DNA from: Licmophora abbreviata
Taxonomy: Eukaryota
Length of the DNA stretch: 64,000 nucleotides
Direction of reading: 5' to 3'
Assembly (NCBI GenBank): GCA_900291995.1
Contig: OLMU01003073.1
Coordinates: 1-64,000 of the forward strand
Shown: positions 23,291-35,012 of the stretch, in pieces
How the letters are laid out: the number at the start of each line of letters is the position of its first letter
Numbering within the stretch: position 1 is the first letter of the stretch
Notes under the pieces: model-generated
The model's database searches: none
What the model saw: only the letters and a program-made list of their open reading frames with translations
Told to the model about the DNA's origin: nothing
Translations under genes and position numbers: made by a program

Positions 23291-23695
23291 TGCCAAAGAG
23301 ATTCTTCCTTGTTACTTTGTCGAGAAAGTGTGAGGGACGGCGACGACGACACACTTTTTTCGTTTCGCGGTTCAATGGTTACGGGAGAGAGCTCGAAAGT
23401 AGAGCTCGCATTGCCCTCATTAACTCCACGTGGAAGTCTCTCGCTCGTCGGCTCCTAGCGAGAACGTGGGGGAGTGGCCGATGAGGAGTTGCAGTCCGTA
23501 CGTACTTCGCATTCGCTTCGCGTGATGCCAGCCAGCGGCGACGGCACTTTTTGCGAACGCCTACTTCGTATCTTATTCCGATCTTCCGCCACCAACCAAA
23601 CTGTCCAGCACAGTATAGAGTCACAGCCATCATCGTCACCTTGCTGCTGTCTCACCTCATCGTCGCTGTGCATCTGAATAACAAAAAAACCAAGA

Positions 23696-24598
23696 ATGAA
23701 GATCCACGGTGGAATCCTAGCTCTCGTGTCGCTCGCGAATGCGTGTCAGACTGCTACTGCATTTGCCCCCATCAGTAGGGCTGCGGACATTGCCAACAAG
23801 GCATCTCGCCGGGTAGCGCTCGGGTTGATCGCCTCGCCTTCCGAGGATACGTCGGACATTGCAATCTTCCCGCCCAAGATGCCCATGCAGCGACTGGAAG
23901 GGGGGGACACGCTCGTGACCTTCCAGATGCCAATGGACGGCGAACGAGTTCAGATGCGATTTGAGACCAACGGCCGTCCGCTCAAAGCCAGGATCGAACT
24001 CTGGCTCGGGCCGCAGCGACGAACGCACGGATTGTCCATTGACCTAGAAGACGGCAGTACGACTCCATACATGGCGACTCTCAAGTTCAAGAAGGGTCCC
24101 CAGGTACTCAAGATCAGTACCAATTCCGATCTTCAGTTCCCCATGTTGGCGGGCGTGGCGATTCCTTCCAATGAGCGTTCCGAGGAACTTGGGGAAATTA
24201 CCCAGAAACTCTGGGATTCCAATATCGGTACCAAGAAACTCATTCAAGGAGGCGCTGTTACCGGCGGTGGTGGCTCTGTTCACACTTGGGAAATCCCTAA
24301 CAACGTCGAAAGCGTGCATTTCATGGCTTCCTCGAAAGCCGTTGGCGGAAAGTCGTTGAAGGCCTTGGTTGAGGTGCTGCAAGGACCCAACAATGTCAAG
24401 CAGAAGTACGATCTCCAGTGTGGTGGAGGAAGTCAACCGTACCATGCTGTTATCCAGACCCTTGGACCGGGATTCTCGATTCGACTTAAGAACAACAAGT
24501 TTGTGGAGGATGGGCTCTTCGAAGCCAAGGTGGTGCCCTGCAAGGTTGGAAAGGAGGCCGCAAGCACTGATGGCCCTAATCAGCTTTGGATGATGTAG
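23696..24598 (+). CDS. Plastid-targeted algal protein of unknown function with two internal repeats
   Basis: Signal peptide plus ATA-FAP motif; repeats (E/Q)GG...RVQ/SVH...GRPLKARIELWLGP and GKSLKALVEVLQGP...PY.A.(L/I). Confidence 0.75.
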   Translation: MKIHGGILALVSLANACQTATAFAPISRAADIANKASRRVALGLIASPSEDTSDIAIFPPKMPMQRLEGGDTLVTFQMPMDGERVQMRFETNGRPLKARIELWLGPQRRTHGLSIDLEDGSTTPYMATLKFKKGPQVLKISTNSDLQFPMLAGVAIPSNERSEELGEITQKLWDSNIGTKKLIQGGAVTGGGGSVHTWEIPNNVESVHFMASSKAVGGKSLKALVEVLQGPNNVKQKYDLQCGGGSQPYHAVIQTLGPGFSIRLKNNKFVEDGLFEAKVVPCKVGKEAASTDGPNQLWMM

Positions 24599-25087
24599 TC
24601 ATATCATCGGGAGGAAAACGACAGAGCAAGCGCATCTAGTGTTATGGTGTCGTGGCTGATCGCATCAAGATCGAAGTGTCGTATCGCAAACGTAATATGC
24701 TAGCTACCGGTAGCACGTCTGGACTGTCAGCTGATCGTCTCGTTTCTTATGAGCCGGTCGCAGACGTCTGGTTGCATTTATCTAGGAGCCTTCCACGACA
24801 GGGGTGGCGTCGATAAATCTGCCAGCCATCTTGCTTGATTGCGTTGCAACATAATCAGAGAGCGGACGACGGTCTGATGATTCGCGTGTGCCGACGCGAT
24901 GAACGCGACGCCGCGCGGCGAAGCTTTCACATAAAATCTCATCTCTCGTCGCGCCTCGTCGACGTGTCGATACTGCAGAGTACTAACTTATCATAGAACA
25001 TAGCAGCCGACGGCAGCTTTATTCATCGACGCCAACTCTGGCATTGCAGTAATCCGAAGAAGCTCATTCGCTGTTGTGATTCCTCCG

Positions 25088-25558
25088 ATGCTTCGATTTT
25101 TCGCCACAAAATTGCCTTCCTATGTCCTAAGTCCGTGTATCAGGAGGACACGGCATGTATGTGGGAGAGTGTCTTCACTTGTTGTGGAACAATCGTCACC
25201 ATGGGGAGCTCTCGGAAACAATATTCTATGGAGGGGAATGTCGAAATTAAAGACGAACAAGAGTGCCTCCAAGCGCTTCCGCCTTCGTGGCAACGGTGAA
25301 CTCATGCGGTACGTTTGAAGCAAGGAGGCTCGTATGGGACGCGTTCGGCCTGATCGAATTGTCGTCCGCTCTTTTTTTCTTTGGCTACATGACTCACTTC
25401 CCCTATCCGACATTAAAACTCATGACAGGAGTCGATCTGGAAAGAGTCACAACACTGGATACAAAAAGAAGGGCCGCAAGAATCGCCTCGGTACATCCAC
25501 GACCATAACGGGAAAGGGCATCGAGAAGCGCATGCGGCTACTGTTGGGCAAGCCGTAA
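25088..25558 (+). CDS. rpl35: Mitochondrial ribosomal protein bL35m
   Basis: Presequence plus KLKTNKSASKRFRLRGNG, intron 25309-25428, then SRSGKSHNTGYKKKGRKNRL. Confidence 0.85.
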
Positions 25559-25724
25559 GATTGATTCGAGCGTGTGATGTCCTAGCAGGTCCTTTCCCGC
25601 GAAGAGACAGTATTTAAACCGAATAGCTACTTCGTGCATAAGCAAAGTTGGCAACCGAGTACTCTATCATCTATCATCCATACCATCAGTATTGGAGACT
25701 ACTGCAAGTTTTGCTATCATCTCA

Positions 25725-26961
25725 TTACACTTTTTCCGTCATTTCTGGAACGGCATCAAACAAATCTGCCTTTAGTCCATAATCAGCAACCTGGAAAATG
25801 GGCGCCTCGCCATCCTTGTTGATCGCAACAATGGTTTTCGAATCCTTCATTCCCGACAAGTGCTGAATGGCTCCTGAAATTCCAACCTGCAAATGCGCAT
25901 CGTGTATGTATAGTCACGATGAGAAAAGGACGCATCGGACAATCACACCCAAAGCAGAACATGAACATGTTCCATATACACACATCAGTAAACTTACCGC
26001 AATATACAAGTCAGGTGCCACTACCTTTCCCGTTTGTCCCACTTGCAAGTCATTCGGCACAAATCCCGCGTCCACCGCCGCTCGAGACGCACCGACGGCC
26101 CCACCCAACTTGTCGGCGAGTGCTTCAAGGAGGGCAAAGTTTTCTTCATTCTTCAAGCCACGTCCTCCACTTATGACGACACCAGCGCTTCCCAAATCTG
26201 GACGATCGCTCTTGGAGACACTCTCCCCGACCCATTCAGATTTATCGAAGGCTTGGACTCCGTCGAGTGTTTCGATGCTTTCGGCAGGCACTAATTCGGC
26301 CTTTTCGAAACTAGTTGGGCGAATGGACAGTATTTTGACATGATCCTTGGCAACAACTTTGGCCAAGGCGTTGCCAGCGTACATGGGCCGAACAAAGGTG
26401 TCTATGATCAATGGTGATATGCGGCCAGTGAGGGGTGATGGGTGTGACGAGACACGATCACACCAGTCAAGCAGGGATCGGATCATAATACAATACTCCC
26501 CTTTTTGTCTACGTACCTTCTCCGATTATTTCCAAGACATCCGTTACAGGCGCCAGATCTAACAAAGCCGCCGCACGCGGCACAACGGTCGACCCAAACT
26601 TGGACGACGTCGCCACAATGTGCGAGTAGTTCTTCTTGGCCTGCGCGGCGTCGACGGCCGCTGCCACCGTTTCGGCCAATTTGTCGCCACATTCGAAATG
26701 CAATACTTTACTGACTCCCTTGGGAACCTTAGTCGGAGCGGCAGTGCTTACGACGAGGAGTTCAATATCGCCGCCGTGCAATTTCTGTGCGGCTGTGACA
26801 GCGGCTTGGGTGCCAGGAGGCGCGATGGTGTCTTGAATCAACGGTTCGCTCACCACCAGCGTCGAATTCCAGCGTGCAATTGAAAAATTCGAAGAGAGGG
26901 CCACTAGCCGGGTGGAGGCCAAGCCGCGTATGGCTTCGGGACGGCAAAGAGACATCATCAT
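25725..26961 (-). CDS. ETFA: Electron transfer flavoprotein alpha subunit, mitochondrial
   Basis: Exons 26961-26517, 26401-25998 and 25886-25725. [65 protein letters not shown]. Confidence 0.95.
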
Positions 26962-27351
26962 CGTGCTCGCGTCGTGTACTCGTAGACTATGTGGTTTGCG
27001 TCGGTGATGTGCTGATTGATTCGATTCGCTTTTTTCAGATTCCGGCGTTTTGGACCTTTTCGATCCAGAGAAAGATACATACGTAAACGCAACATAAGAA
27101 TTGAAATAACAAGTACCTTGCAATACGGGGCTCCTTCCGCCTCTTTTAAGGTTCCTCGTGACTGTTGAAACATATATTGACACCGAAACTGCGCTCACAA
27201 AATGAGAAGCGCGTCACCGCCGCAGGTGTCATTCCATCGAGCAACAACAAAAACCAAAGGGGTCGTGGTTGTACACACTACATCGCCCATTACCACCGAC
27301 TTCGTTTCACATTGGCCTTTCGTCACTTTCTAGCCTCTCTAGCTCGCAATC

Positions 27352-28738
27352 ATGTCCGGAATTTTCATTGTCGCTGCCAAGCGTACTCCGTTCGGAGCGT
27401 TCGGTGGAACACTCAAATCCCTCTCAGCCACCGATCTCGGCGTCGTGGCCAGCAAGGCCGCCTTGGTCCAAGGCAACATCGACCCCTCTACCATTGATGC
27501 TGTCTACTTTGGAAACGTCATTCAGTCTTCCGCAGACGCTGCCTACCTCGCCCGTCACGTGGGTCTCCAGTCCGGCCTCCCCATTGCCTCTCCCGCACTC
27601 ACCATCAATCGCCTCTGCGGATCGGGCTTTGAATCGGTCATTCAAGGTGCCAATCGCATCAAGCTCAACGAAGCTCACCTGACGCTCTGTGGTGGAGCTG
27701 AAAACATGTCACAAGCGCCCTTGCAGGTTAACGGGATCGAGGCTCGGTGGGGTGTCAATTTGGGAAGTGGATTGAACTTGCGCGACTCCCTCTGGGATGG
27801 ACTCTCGGACTCGTACTGCAAGACGCCCATGGGCATGACGGCAGAAAATTTGGCAGAAAAGTATGGAATAAGTCGTCAAGTAAGTTTTTTAAAAGAAATC
27901 AAGGGAGGGCTGTATTGGACTGTGTTGTATACTGACACCATTCCTTGGTTTCTCTTCAATTTGTTCCTTAGGAATGCGACGAGTATGCCATTCGAAGTCA
28001 GACGACTTGGGGAGAAGCACATACCAAGGGTATATTTCAGCTAGAAATAGCTCCCGTCGAAATTTCTACCCGCAAGGGAACTCAGGTGCGTCATGGCTTT
28101 CACCTTGCTTTCTATAACTGTAGAATAGCGTGCTAATGGAACGACCGTGTATACCGACTCTGCATTCTATTTCTTCGATCTCTTCACAGGTCGTTGACAC
28201 GGACGAGCACCCCCGCCCCGAAACAACAGTCGAAAAGATTGCTAAACTTCCTTCCGTCTTCAAAAAGGACGGCGTCGTGACGGCCGCCAACGCCTCGGGC
28301 ATTTGCGACGGTGCTGGTGCGGTGATTTTGGCCAGCGAGGAAGCGGTCCAACAGCATAACCTCACTCCCCTCGCACGGCTTGTATCCTACGGTGTTGTGG
28401 GGTGTGACCCGAAGATTATGGGCATTGGCCCTGTTCCTGCCATTCAGCAGGCTCTGCAGCGTGCCAATTTGACAATGTCCGACGTGGATCGTGTGGAAAT
28501 TAACGAAGCATTCGCGGCACAGTTTTTGGCGTGTGCCAAAGAACTCGAGTTGGACATGTCCAAGACCAATCTGCACGGTGGAGCGATCAGCTTGGGACAC
28601 CCGCTAGGTGCATCTGGCAGTCGAATCGTGGCACACTTGGCAAATGAGTTTCAACAATCGGACAGTGGCAAGATTCATGTCGGTGCAGCGTGTATCGGAG
28701 GAGGACAAGGCATTGCTGTAGTGTTGGAACGAGCATAA
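27352..28738 (+). CDS. ACAA2: 3-ketoacyl-CoA thiolase (ACAA2-like)
   Basis: Introns 27880-27971 and 28086-28189. AKRTPFG, TINRLCGSG (catalytic Cys), NASGICDGAGA, EINEAFAAQ, GGAISLGHPLGASG, ACIGGGQG. Confidence 0.95.
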
Positions 28739-28780
28739 ATTTAACTTGCGGCGTACACTCTTTCCATGTGAATCTATATG

Positions 28781-29566
28781 CTATTGCGTAGTTTCTTGAT
28801 TCTCTTGAGAATCAAACCATCGACCCAGTGCAATCGCGTCCATCGTGACAGCAAAGTAACAAGGTCCAGTTATGCTTGACAGTGCTAGCTCGCGGTAGTT
28901 GTCGCTCAGTAGGGAGGATGCCACACTGTTCATCGTCACATCCTTCAGTGGCAAATAGTCTCCTGCTTCTGGGAGATAATGCCAAAAACCATTGGCGAGG
29001 AAGGGTAGCTCCGACAAGGGACCACCAACGCATGTGATACTCGCCGCCAGCAGGGCAGGAAGCGTCGCATCCAGCAGCGCCCATTGTGACATGGCAGCCA
29101 GAAGCATCACTAGAATATTCGCGTCGCCGGATGGAATTAAAGCACGTAGTAGTGATCCTTCCAAAAGTCCTGGGTTCGTCTCGAGGAACTCCGATAGCTT
29201 GACAATGAGCGCAGTGGTGACGACCGCGACCAATGCTCTGGCGCCAAGCATCAGGCTCCTATCCTTCGAACGATCACATGAGGAATCAACACTCGTAGCT
29301 GGAGATCTCATCAACGCCTCAAAAATTCTTGGCAGTACGCCTCCCAGGATGACATAAGCAACGCCCAGAAGTGGCGGTACTGCCCAGCTTGAGCAGAAAA
29401 GGTAGTCGGATGCATGTTGTTGTTGCGCTTCAGGCCACGCGATCGAAATGGGCAGCAAATCGTATTGCAGCAGACACTGATTGTGCAGAGAGTCCACCAG
29501 AGGCCCTACAGTGGCACCGACAACAAACAGCTTGCCGGAAGTGCTCCGCGGCGGCAAAAGCTTCAT
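28781..29566 (-). CDS. Integral membrane protein, INSIG/DUF2878-like
   Basis: About six hydrophobic helices; GATVGPLVDSLH, WAVPPLLG.AY and GGPLSELPF...GFWHY motifs. The family call is tentative. Confidence 0.65.
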   Translation of the reverse strand: MKLLPPRSTSGKLFVVGATVGPLVDSLHNQCLLQYDLLPISIAWPEAQQQHASDYLFCSSWAVPPLLGVAYVILGGVLPRIFEALMRSPATSVDSSCDRSKDRSLMLGARALVAVVTTALIVKLSEFLETNPGLLEGSLLRALIPSGDANILVMLLAAMSQWALLDATLPALLAASITCVGGPLSELPFLANGFWHYLPEAGDYLPLKDVTMNSVASSLLSDNYRELALSSITGPCYFAVTMDAIALGRWFDSQENQETTQ

Positions 29567-29991
29567 GATGATTGTATAGGTCGTGACGAATGACGACGAC
29601 GAAAAATTATGACGCGGTGTTTATTAGCAGAGCTTGGAGCACTCATATCGACGCCTTTTTGTCGGGGAACGATAACTACATTGCATATAGACGCAACATC
29701 CGTAGTCTACCTGTCTTTGACGACGAAACATATGGTTTATCTTGATATGAACTTGAAAGCCACCGCTGCGTGTGGCTTACGGCGGCGAGTCTGCCTTGTG
29801 CGACATGCGGCATGACGATCTGACTCTCTCTCCATTCTACTACTACTGTGCAGGACACACGTTGCCATTTACCCAGAGATTTAACAGTGAATGTATCGTA
29901 TGTAGGACAGTATCCAGCGGCATCTACGATAAGGCGTACCGCAGCAAAACCTCCACCACAGTAATAACTCGATCAATTCAGTTCGATCGAT

Positions 29992-30339
29992 TCAGTCAAA
30001 CTTGGGAACGTAATCTTTCCAGTTGAAGGGTAGTTTGTGCATCAATGTCGTCTCGCCTGTCTGTGGATCCTTAACGATATTTTGTTTGAGTTTGATACGC
30101 TTGCGCAGAGTCGTCTTCATACGTTTCTTAGATCGAGAGACTTTTTGCTTTGGCACGGCAAACCAGATCGATTCTTCCTGCGGACACGGAAGCTCTGATG
30201 GGGGTGGTATAAACTCCAATGGACCAGCCAGTTGAAGTTCTGGTGCTGCAGGAGCCCACCAGGGACCTCGTCCGAACCACCGCGAGATTCGAGACGTGGA
30301 CCACACCAACGATGACAGCGACCGGCTCATCCACAGCAT
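29992..30339 (-). CDS. rpl32: Mitochondrial ribosomal protein bL32m
   Basis: Long presequence, then IWFAVPKQKVSRSKKRMK typical of bL32. Confidence 0.85.
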   Translation of the reverse strand: MLWMSRSLSSLVWSTSRISRWFGRGPWWAPAAPELQLAGPLEFIPPPSELPCPQEESIWFAVPKQKVSRSKKRMKTTLRKRIKLKQNIVKDPQTGETTLMHKLPFNWKDYVPKFD

Positions 30340-30499
30340 AATCGTTAATTCGTAAAGTTTCGGGAAACCTCGTTTCTTGCCCTTCTTATTCCACTCTGCT
30401 CTATCAATATATATCTACACACTGCAAAGTATCAGCTATAGCAAGTCAGACTTTCGTAACAACACCACAGAAATCTCTTCCGCTCTACTGTCCTCGCCG

Positions 30500-32972
30500 A
30501 TGAGCACAGAGCACCGCGGGTTGTGGGTGGTGTGAGGGTCACACACACAGCGGATGGCGAGAGCGCGACCACAGACACACACGCGGGCGAGGACCAGACT
30601 GCATCGGAACACACGCGCGATGAAATTGATTTTCCGCCGATACACCAAGAGTTACACTGCAAAGACAGGTGTGCAAGGCTTCGTTGTAGTACCCGAGAGT
30701 CTCGTCCCCGCTGGTTGCAGCCATCATGTACTCGGGCGATAACTGGAACACTCTCCAGGAGTGGCTCGATACAAAAGAGGCTGACGATGGCTTGAATAAT
30801 GCGGCAAGACGAAAGGTACGAAAAAGTATATGAGGTGCCACACTATGACTAGGCGCGGGAGACGGGCGTTTGCCTCAATGTTGTTGTTGTTTGCTCACTC
30901 TTGACCTTTTTTCTTATCTCTTAGTTATGGGATGTCTTGCAAGAGGAGGATGTCTATCAAACGTTTGCCGGTGTTATATTGTCGCCACCTCCTCACAACG
31001 ACGACTTTCAACTTCACTTGGCTCGTTCCTACCGCGCGCTGAATGTGCTGCAGAAGGATTTGGAAATCACGGCCAAGGGCATGCGTCGACCCAATGTTCT
31101 GGTGACGGGTGCACAAGCGGGACTCTTATCCAAACAAGTGTTGAACTCGTTGGACAAGCCAGAGGGGGTTTTGATTCACAAGCGTGCCTTGCTCGATGCC
31201 TTGATGGATGCCTACCCAGACCGGGTTGTCTCGGCGGCCAGCGCTGGAGGTCAGGATGGGATGGAAGTGCATTTGCGGCCCTTGATGAGTTCTACGACGT
31301 GTCATCAGACTCTTCCGACACTCACGTCGCTGGTCTTGTATGGGTGTACTGGGAAGAAAGGACGCGCGTCTGCGGAGCGCACGGCGCAGGCGGCCATGAT
31401 GGAACGACGATCTGCTGATCAAGTGCGCATCAAAGAGGGACATCGACGAAAATTTGTCAAGGTTTTGTCTAGCTGGGGATTTCTTACAAAGCTGGCACAA
31501 TGTATTGTAGAGGAGTCCGAGACAGAAACATCGATTGGACTCGGAGAAGAGGCATGTGAAACCATCCTAACGATTGTTGAGTGTATCGGATACCCCGACA
31601 CCGCGACAGAAGCCGAAAGGCAGGAGCGGGAACTAGTCGATGAGTCCATGTTGCTGAAGCCATTAGGCCGCTCCGATTGGTGGGATCCATTAATGAACAT
31701 TGTCTCTGGTCAGAACTCGGCCACTGAGGCTAGCCGTATCGCTGCCACTCGGACGATTGTTGGGATTTTTGGTCTGGCCACCGGGCACTCAACGCGGATT
31801 CTATCGGCGAGAGCCCCCATTTCGGATGCTACCGAAACGATAGATGACTTGGACCAGTCGAAAGTTGAGAAGGAAGTGAACAGCCATGTGGCAAAAGCGA
31901 ACAAGCTGCGAGAGTGGGGTTTGACTTCCAAGATCCACCGTAGCCTCGTGTCGCACATTCCAGAGCTTCTCAAGGCGTTGACGATTCAAGAAACGGAGGA
32001 CGACATCCCATCATCCACGGTCTACTTTCAGCGTGGAGACGATACAGAGTCTGTCCCCATCACTGCAGTGCCGCATCCCGGTCGCCAGCGCATTATTCCG
32101 TTCACGTCCTGGAGACTTCAAGTTGTTACACTGTTGGCTGAGCTAGTGTCGTACACCGGCGACGACGACGATGATGAGGCCGATAAAGATCTAACGGCAG
32201 TCTCCTCTCGAGTAGCTGCCATGGATGCGCTCATGGCTCTTCCTCTTCCGACTCCTCTGCGAAGTGAAGGCGACGAGGCCATCCCGGTTAACGACACCCA
32301 CGGACGAGCTGTGAACCCTTGGCCGACGCTCTGCGACTGGGTTTTCCAGTATCCAGAGAATAACCTCTATCATGTTCAATTCTTTCGACTGTTCCAAGCA
32401 ATCTGCTTCGAACACCACGAGGCCACACTCCGAATTGTTCTACAGAAGCTAAAGTTTGTGTCTCGCGCCGTTCGAGAATGTCATGGCACTCTACAGGGCG
32501 TGCTCTTGAATTGTCTCAATACATTGCGACTTCGATTCGACACTCTACCTCCAAGCGCCTTTCTGCGGCAGTTTCTTGAGAGTCACGACTTGTGGAAGCA
32601 CTTTCGAACGGCACTCATTGCGTGAGTCATTGAGAGTTTGTCCCGCAGCCTTGACGTCCTCCGCATTGTCTATCTTACTTACTCCTTCATGTGGCGTTCA
32701 ACAGGCTAACAGTACGTCAAATCTCTCCGGTCGATAAGAAAGAAACTTCCGAACCGAACATCGAGCTTGGCGGCAAGTATGCTGCGAAGATGGGGTTTGC
32801 CGGATTCGTGACTTACACGCCATCTCCGGCTTTCGGGGAGGCGAATGCGATCCGAAACACTGCCACCAAGAACAAGAAAGGCAAAAGTAAGCGCAAGAAG
32901 AAGAAGACTCCCGCCCCTAAGAAGATTCCAGTCGTGATCATCGATGACGACGAGGAAGAACTTGATGCTTAG
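30500..32972 (+). CDS. SAPS/PP6 regulatory subunit-like helical protein; 5' end uncertain and apparently frameshifted
   Basis: Clean model 30726-30815, 30925-32621, 32705-32972. WRLQVVTLLAELV and WVFQYPENNLYH resemble SAPS motifs; Lys-rich tail. Upstream 30500-30725 looks coding only across frame changes. Confidence 0.55.
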
Positions 32973-33203
32973 CTGCAGCTGCCTCATACAAAATTAATGA
33001 GGTAAAGAGCGGGAAGAACGAGTTCAAGAGCTACAGTGCGTCAAATCGAGGCGGCTGGCAGCCAGTTGTTTAGACTTATAAGAATATCTCCTCATCAAGC
33101 TACACATCTTGAGCGACCATGTCGAGATACCTAGAACCTTATTCACCATTGGCATCAGCCGAACCTAGTATCCAAACCAATTTCATCACTTCTACGAGGG
33201 TCC

Positions 33204-34043
33204 TTAGAGAGTGGCCGCGAAAGCATCAAGAAGGGCGGCAGAGTCCTTGGCGGCGGCCATGCAGGCATCCTGCTTCCTCTGCGTGGCGCTAAGGTTCGTC
33301 AACTCGATGGACTTGAAGAACTTGGTGGCGGCATCCTTCTGCTGCGGTGTGCTGGCAAGACCGCGAACGGCTCCGCGGGTCTCGTACATGTAGCGATCGA
33401 GCTCGTTCTTCACCTCAAACCACTTCTTCTTCTCAATGTAAGCAGGCAGCCTTCCAAGACGAAGAGCAGACTCGGCCAAGATTGCCTTCTTACGAGCAGC
33501 ATACTCGGCGGTGGCGGGGTCATAAATTGCGTCAGTTCCATCTCCGTAAACAGAGTAAGGAGAGTAGACTTTGGCAGACTGGTCACTTCCGTAAGCAGCT
33601 CCCTCGGAGTACGAGGTTCCGTCACCGACGACACCGAAAACAGAGAATCGGGGCGACTCTCCGACGGCGGCGTTGGCAGCGACAGGAAGGAACGCAGCTC
33701 CGGCAGCGGCAGCCGAGGCAATAGCCTCACGTCGGGAGACGTCCGACTATAGAAACGAAGAAACAGTAGAAGGACAAGCGTGAGTACATCGAAGGTAATA
33801 ACGCAATCGTACAGTAGAGAAGCAGGGCAGCTTGGCAGCGGCCTATCCCAGTTTGAGACTTCAGGATAATCGTAGGAGCTACACACGTGCCGCGAGTGAC
33901 AGAGACCATGAAATCCAAACGGGATCTTTTCGAGTCTCTCCAGCCTTCGCCTTCTCCCAAATAAACGGGACGACTTCAAGTTACCTCACCTGTGAGAAGG
34001 CCGCAGCAGAGGCAACAAGAGAGAGACAGAGAGCAACCTTCAT
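33204..34043 (-). CDS. psbQ: Photosystem II extrinsic protein PsbQ' (OEE3), diatom type
   Basis: Exon 34043-33990 (MKVALCLSLVASAAAFSQ) plus 33746-33204. Twin-Arg SRREAI and ANA cleavage, then AVGESPRFSVFG...YSEGAAYG and KKKWFEVKNELDRYMYETRGAVR. Confidence 0.9.
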
Positions 34044-35012
34044 GGTGGATACGGCTGTGTCAACAAGAGCAACAAAGTGAAGAAGAGCTAAAGTGACGTG
34101 CCTCACGTTGACTCTACGCAAATCGCAGTACTGGGCATCAGTGAGCGTATCTTCCAACCTCAACCTGGAATTAGGAATCAGGAATCAAATTGCAATCGTC
34201 GTATTTTTACAGACAGCAATGCCTTCTCGATTCCGCATTCCGCTAGGTTGCTCTCTACGACTGCCTCGAGATACCAGCCATTTCAAGTCTATTTCCGGAT
34301 GATAAGTGCAAAATGACCAGTCAGTCTACAATACGAAGTTATTGTAAACTGAAATAGCGCAAGAGCACAGAGTTAATGGCGGTCAGATGGATCGTGGGCG
34401 GGGAAAATAATCACATGGCGAGTGTCTCATTTTGACGATATGTGGGGTCTGGTGGATACGAGGCGGAACATGTCAACAAGTACAAAAAATCAATGATCTA
34501 TAGCAATTTATCTACTTTCATACAACAGAGGTTAGATGTAGCCTATCGCCTTGTAGTGCTGGGTGGGTCAAGATAGCGACAGGTGATCACAGGGCAGAGA
34601 ATTGGCGATTTGTTCGGTTTGAGGTGCCAAAACGTAGCAATAGCGAATCTAGGGAAACCAGCAGGTCCTTGAGAACCTCTGAGCTCTGGAGAGTCGAAAT
34701 AAACCGCAAGACTACTGTAAACAATGTCCTAGAAGAGAGAAAATTCGAGTTGTAAGAAGGCTCGAATAGGTTTTGTGTTGAGAAGCGGTTTGATTGAATT
34801 ACGACATCCAATTTCCTTGGAATGATCGAATCGATTGCAGATACATGTGGCGCTCAGCAAACCAGAAGAAAAGGCGTCAGCCTCCAAAAATCAGAGATCT
34901 ATAGACTCAGTTGTATACTAATTTCATTCTGAGAAGGTTTACGTGGGAGCCGAGCGGTGTATTGCACGCACACTTTTCGACGACGAAAGGGCTTGCTGTT
35001 GCCTTTCAGCAC

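Noticed and set aside
24600..25080. TGATGA box and GC-rich pseudo-palindromes as a possible C/D snoRNA
   Set aside because: No suitably placed D box (CTGA) or terminal stem; more likely promoter sequence of rpl35.
33813..33842. Possible 30-nt microexon (AAAKLPCFST) inside the psbQ' intron
   Set aside because: It is flanked by AG and GT and in phase, but it is not needed for the frame and cannot be supported without transcripts.
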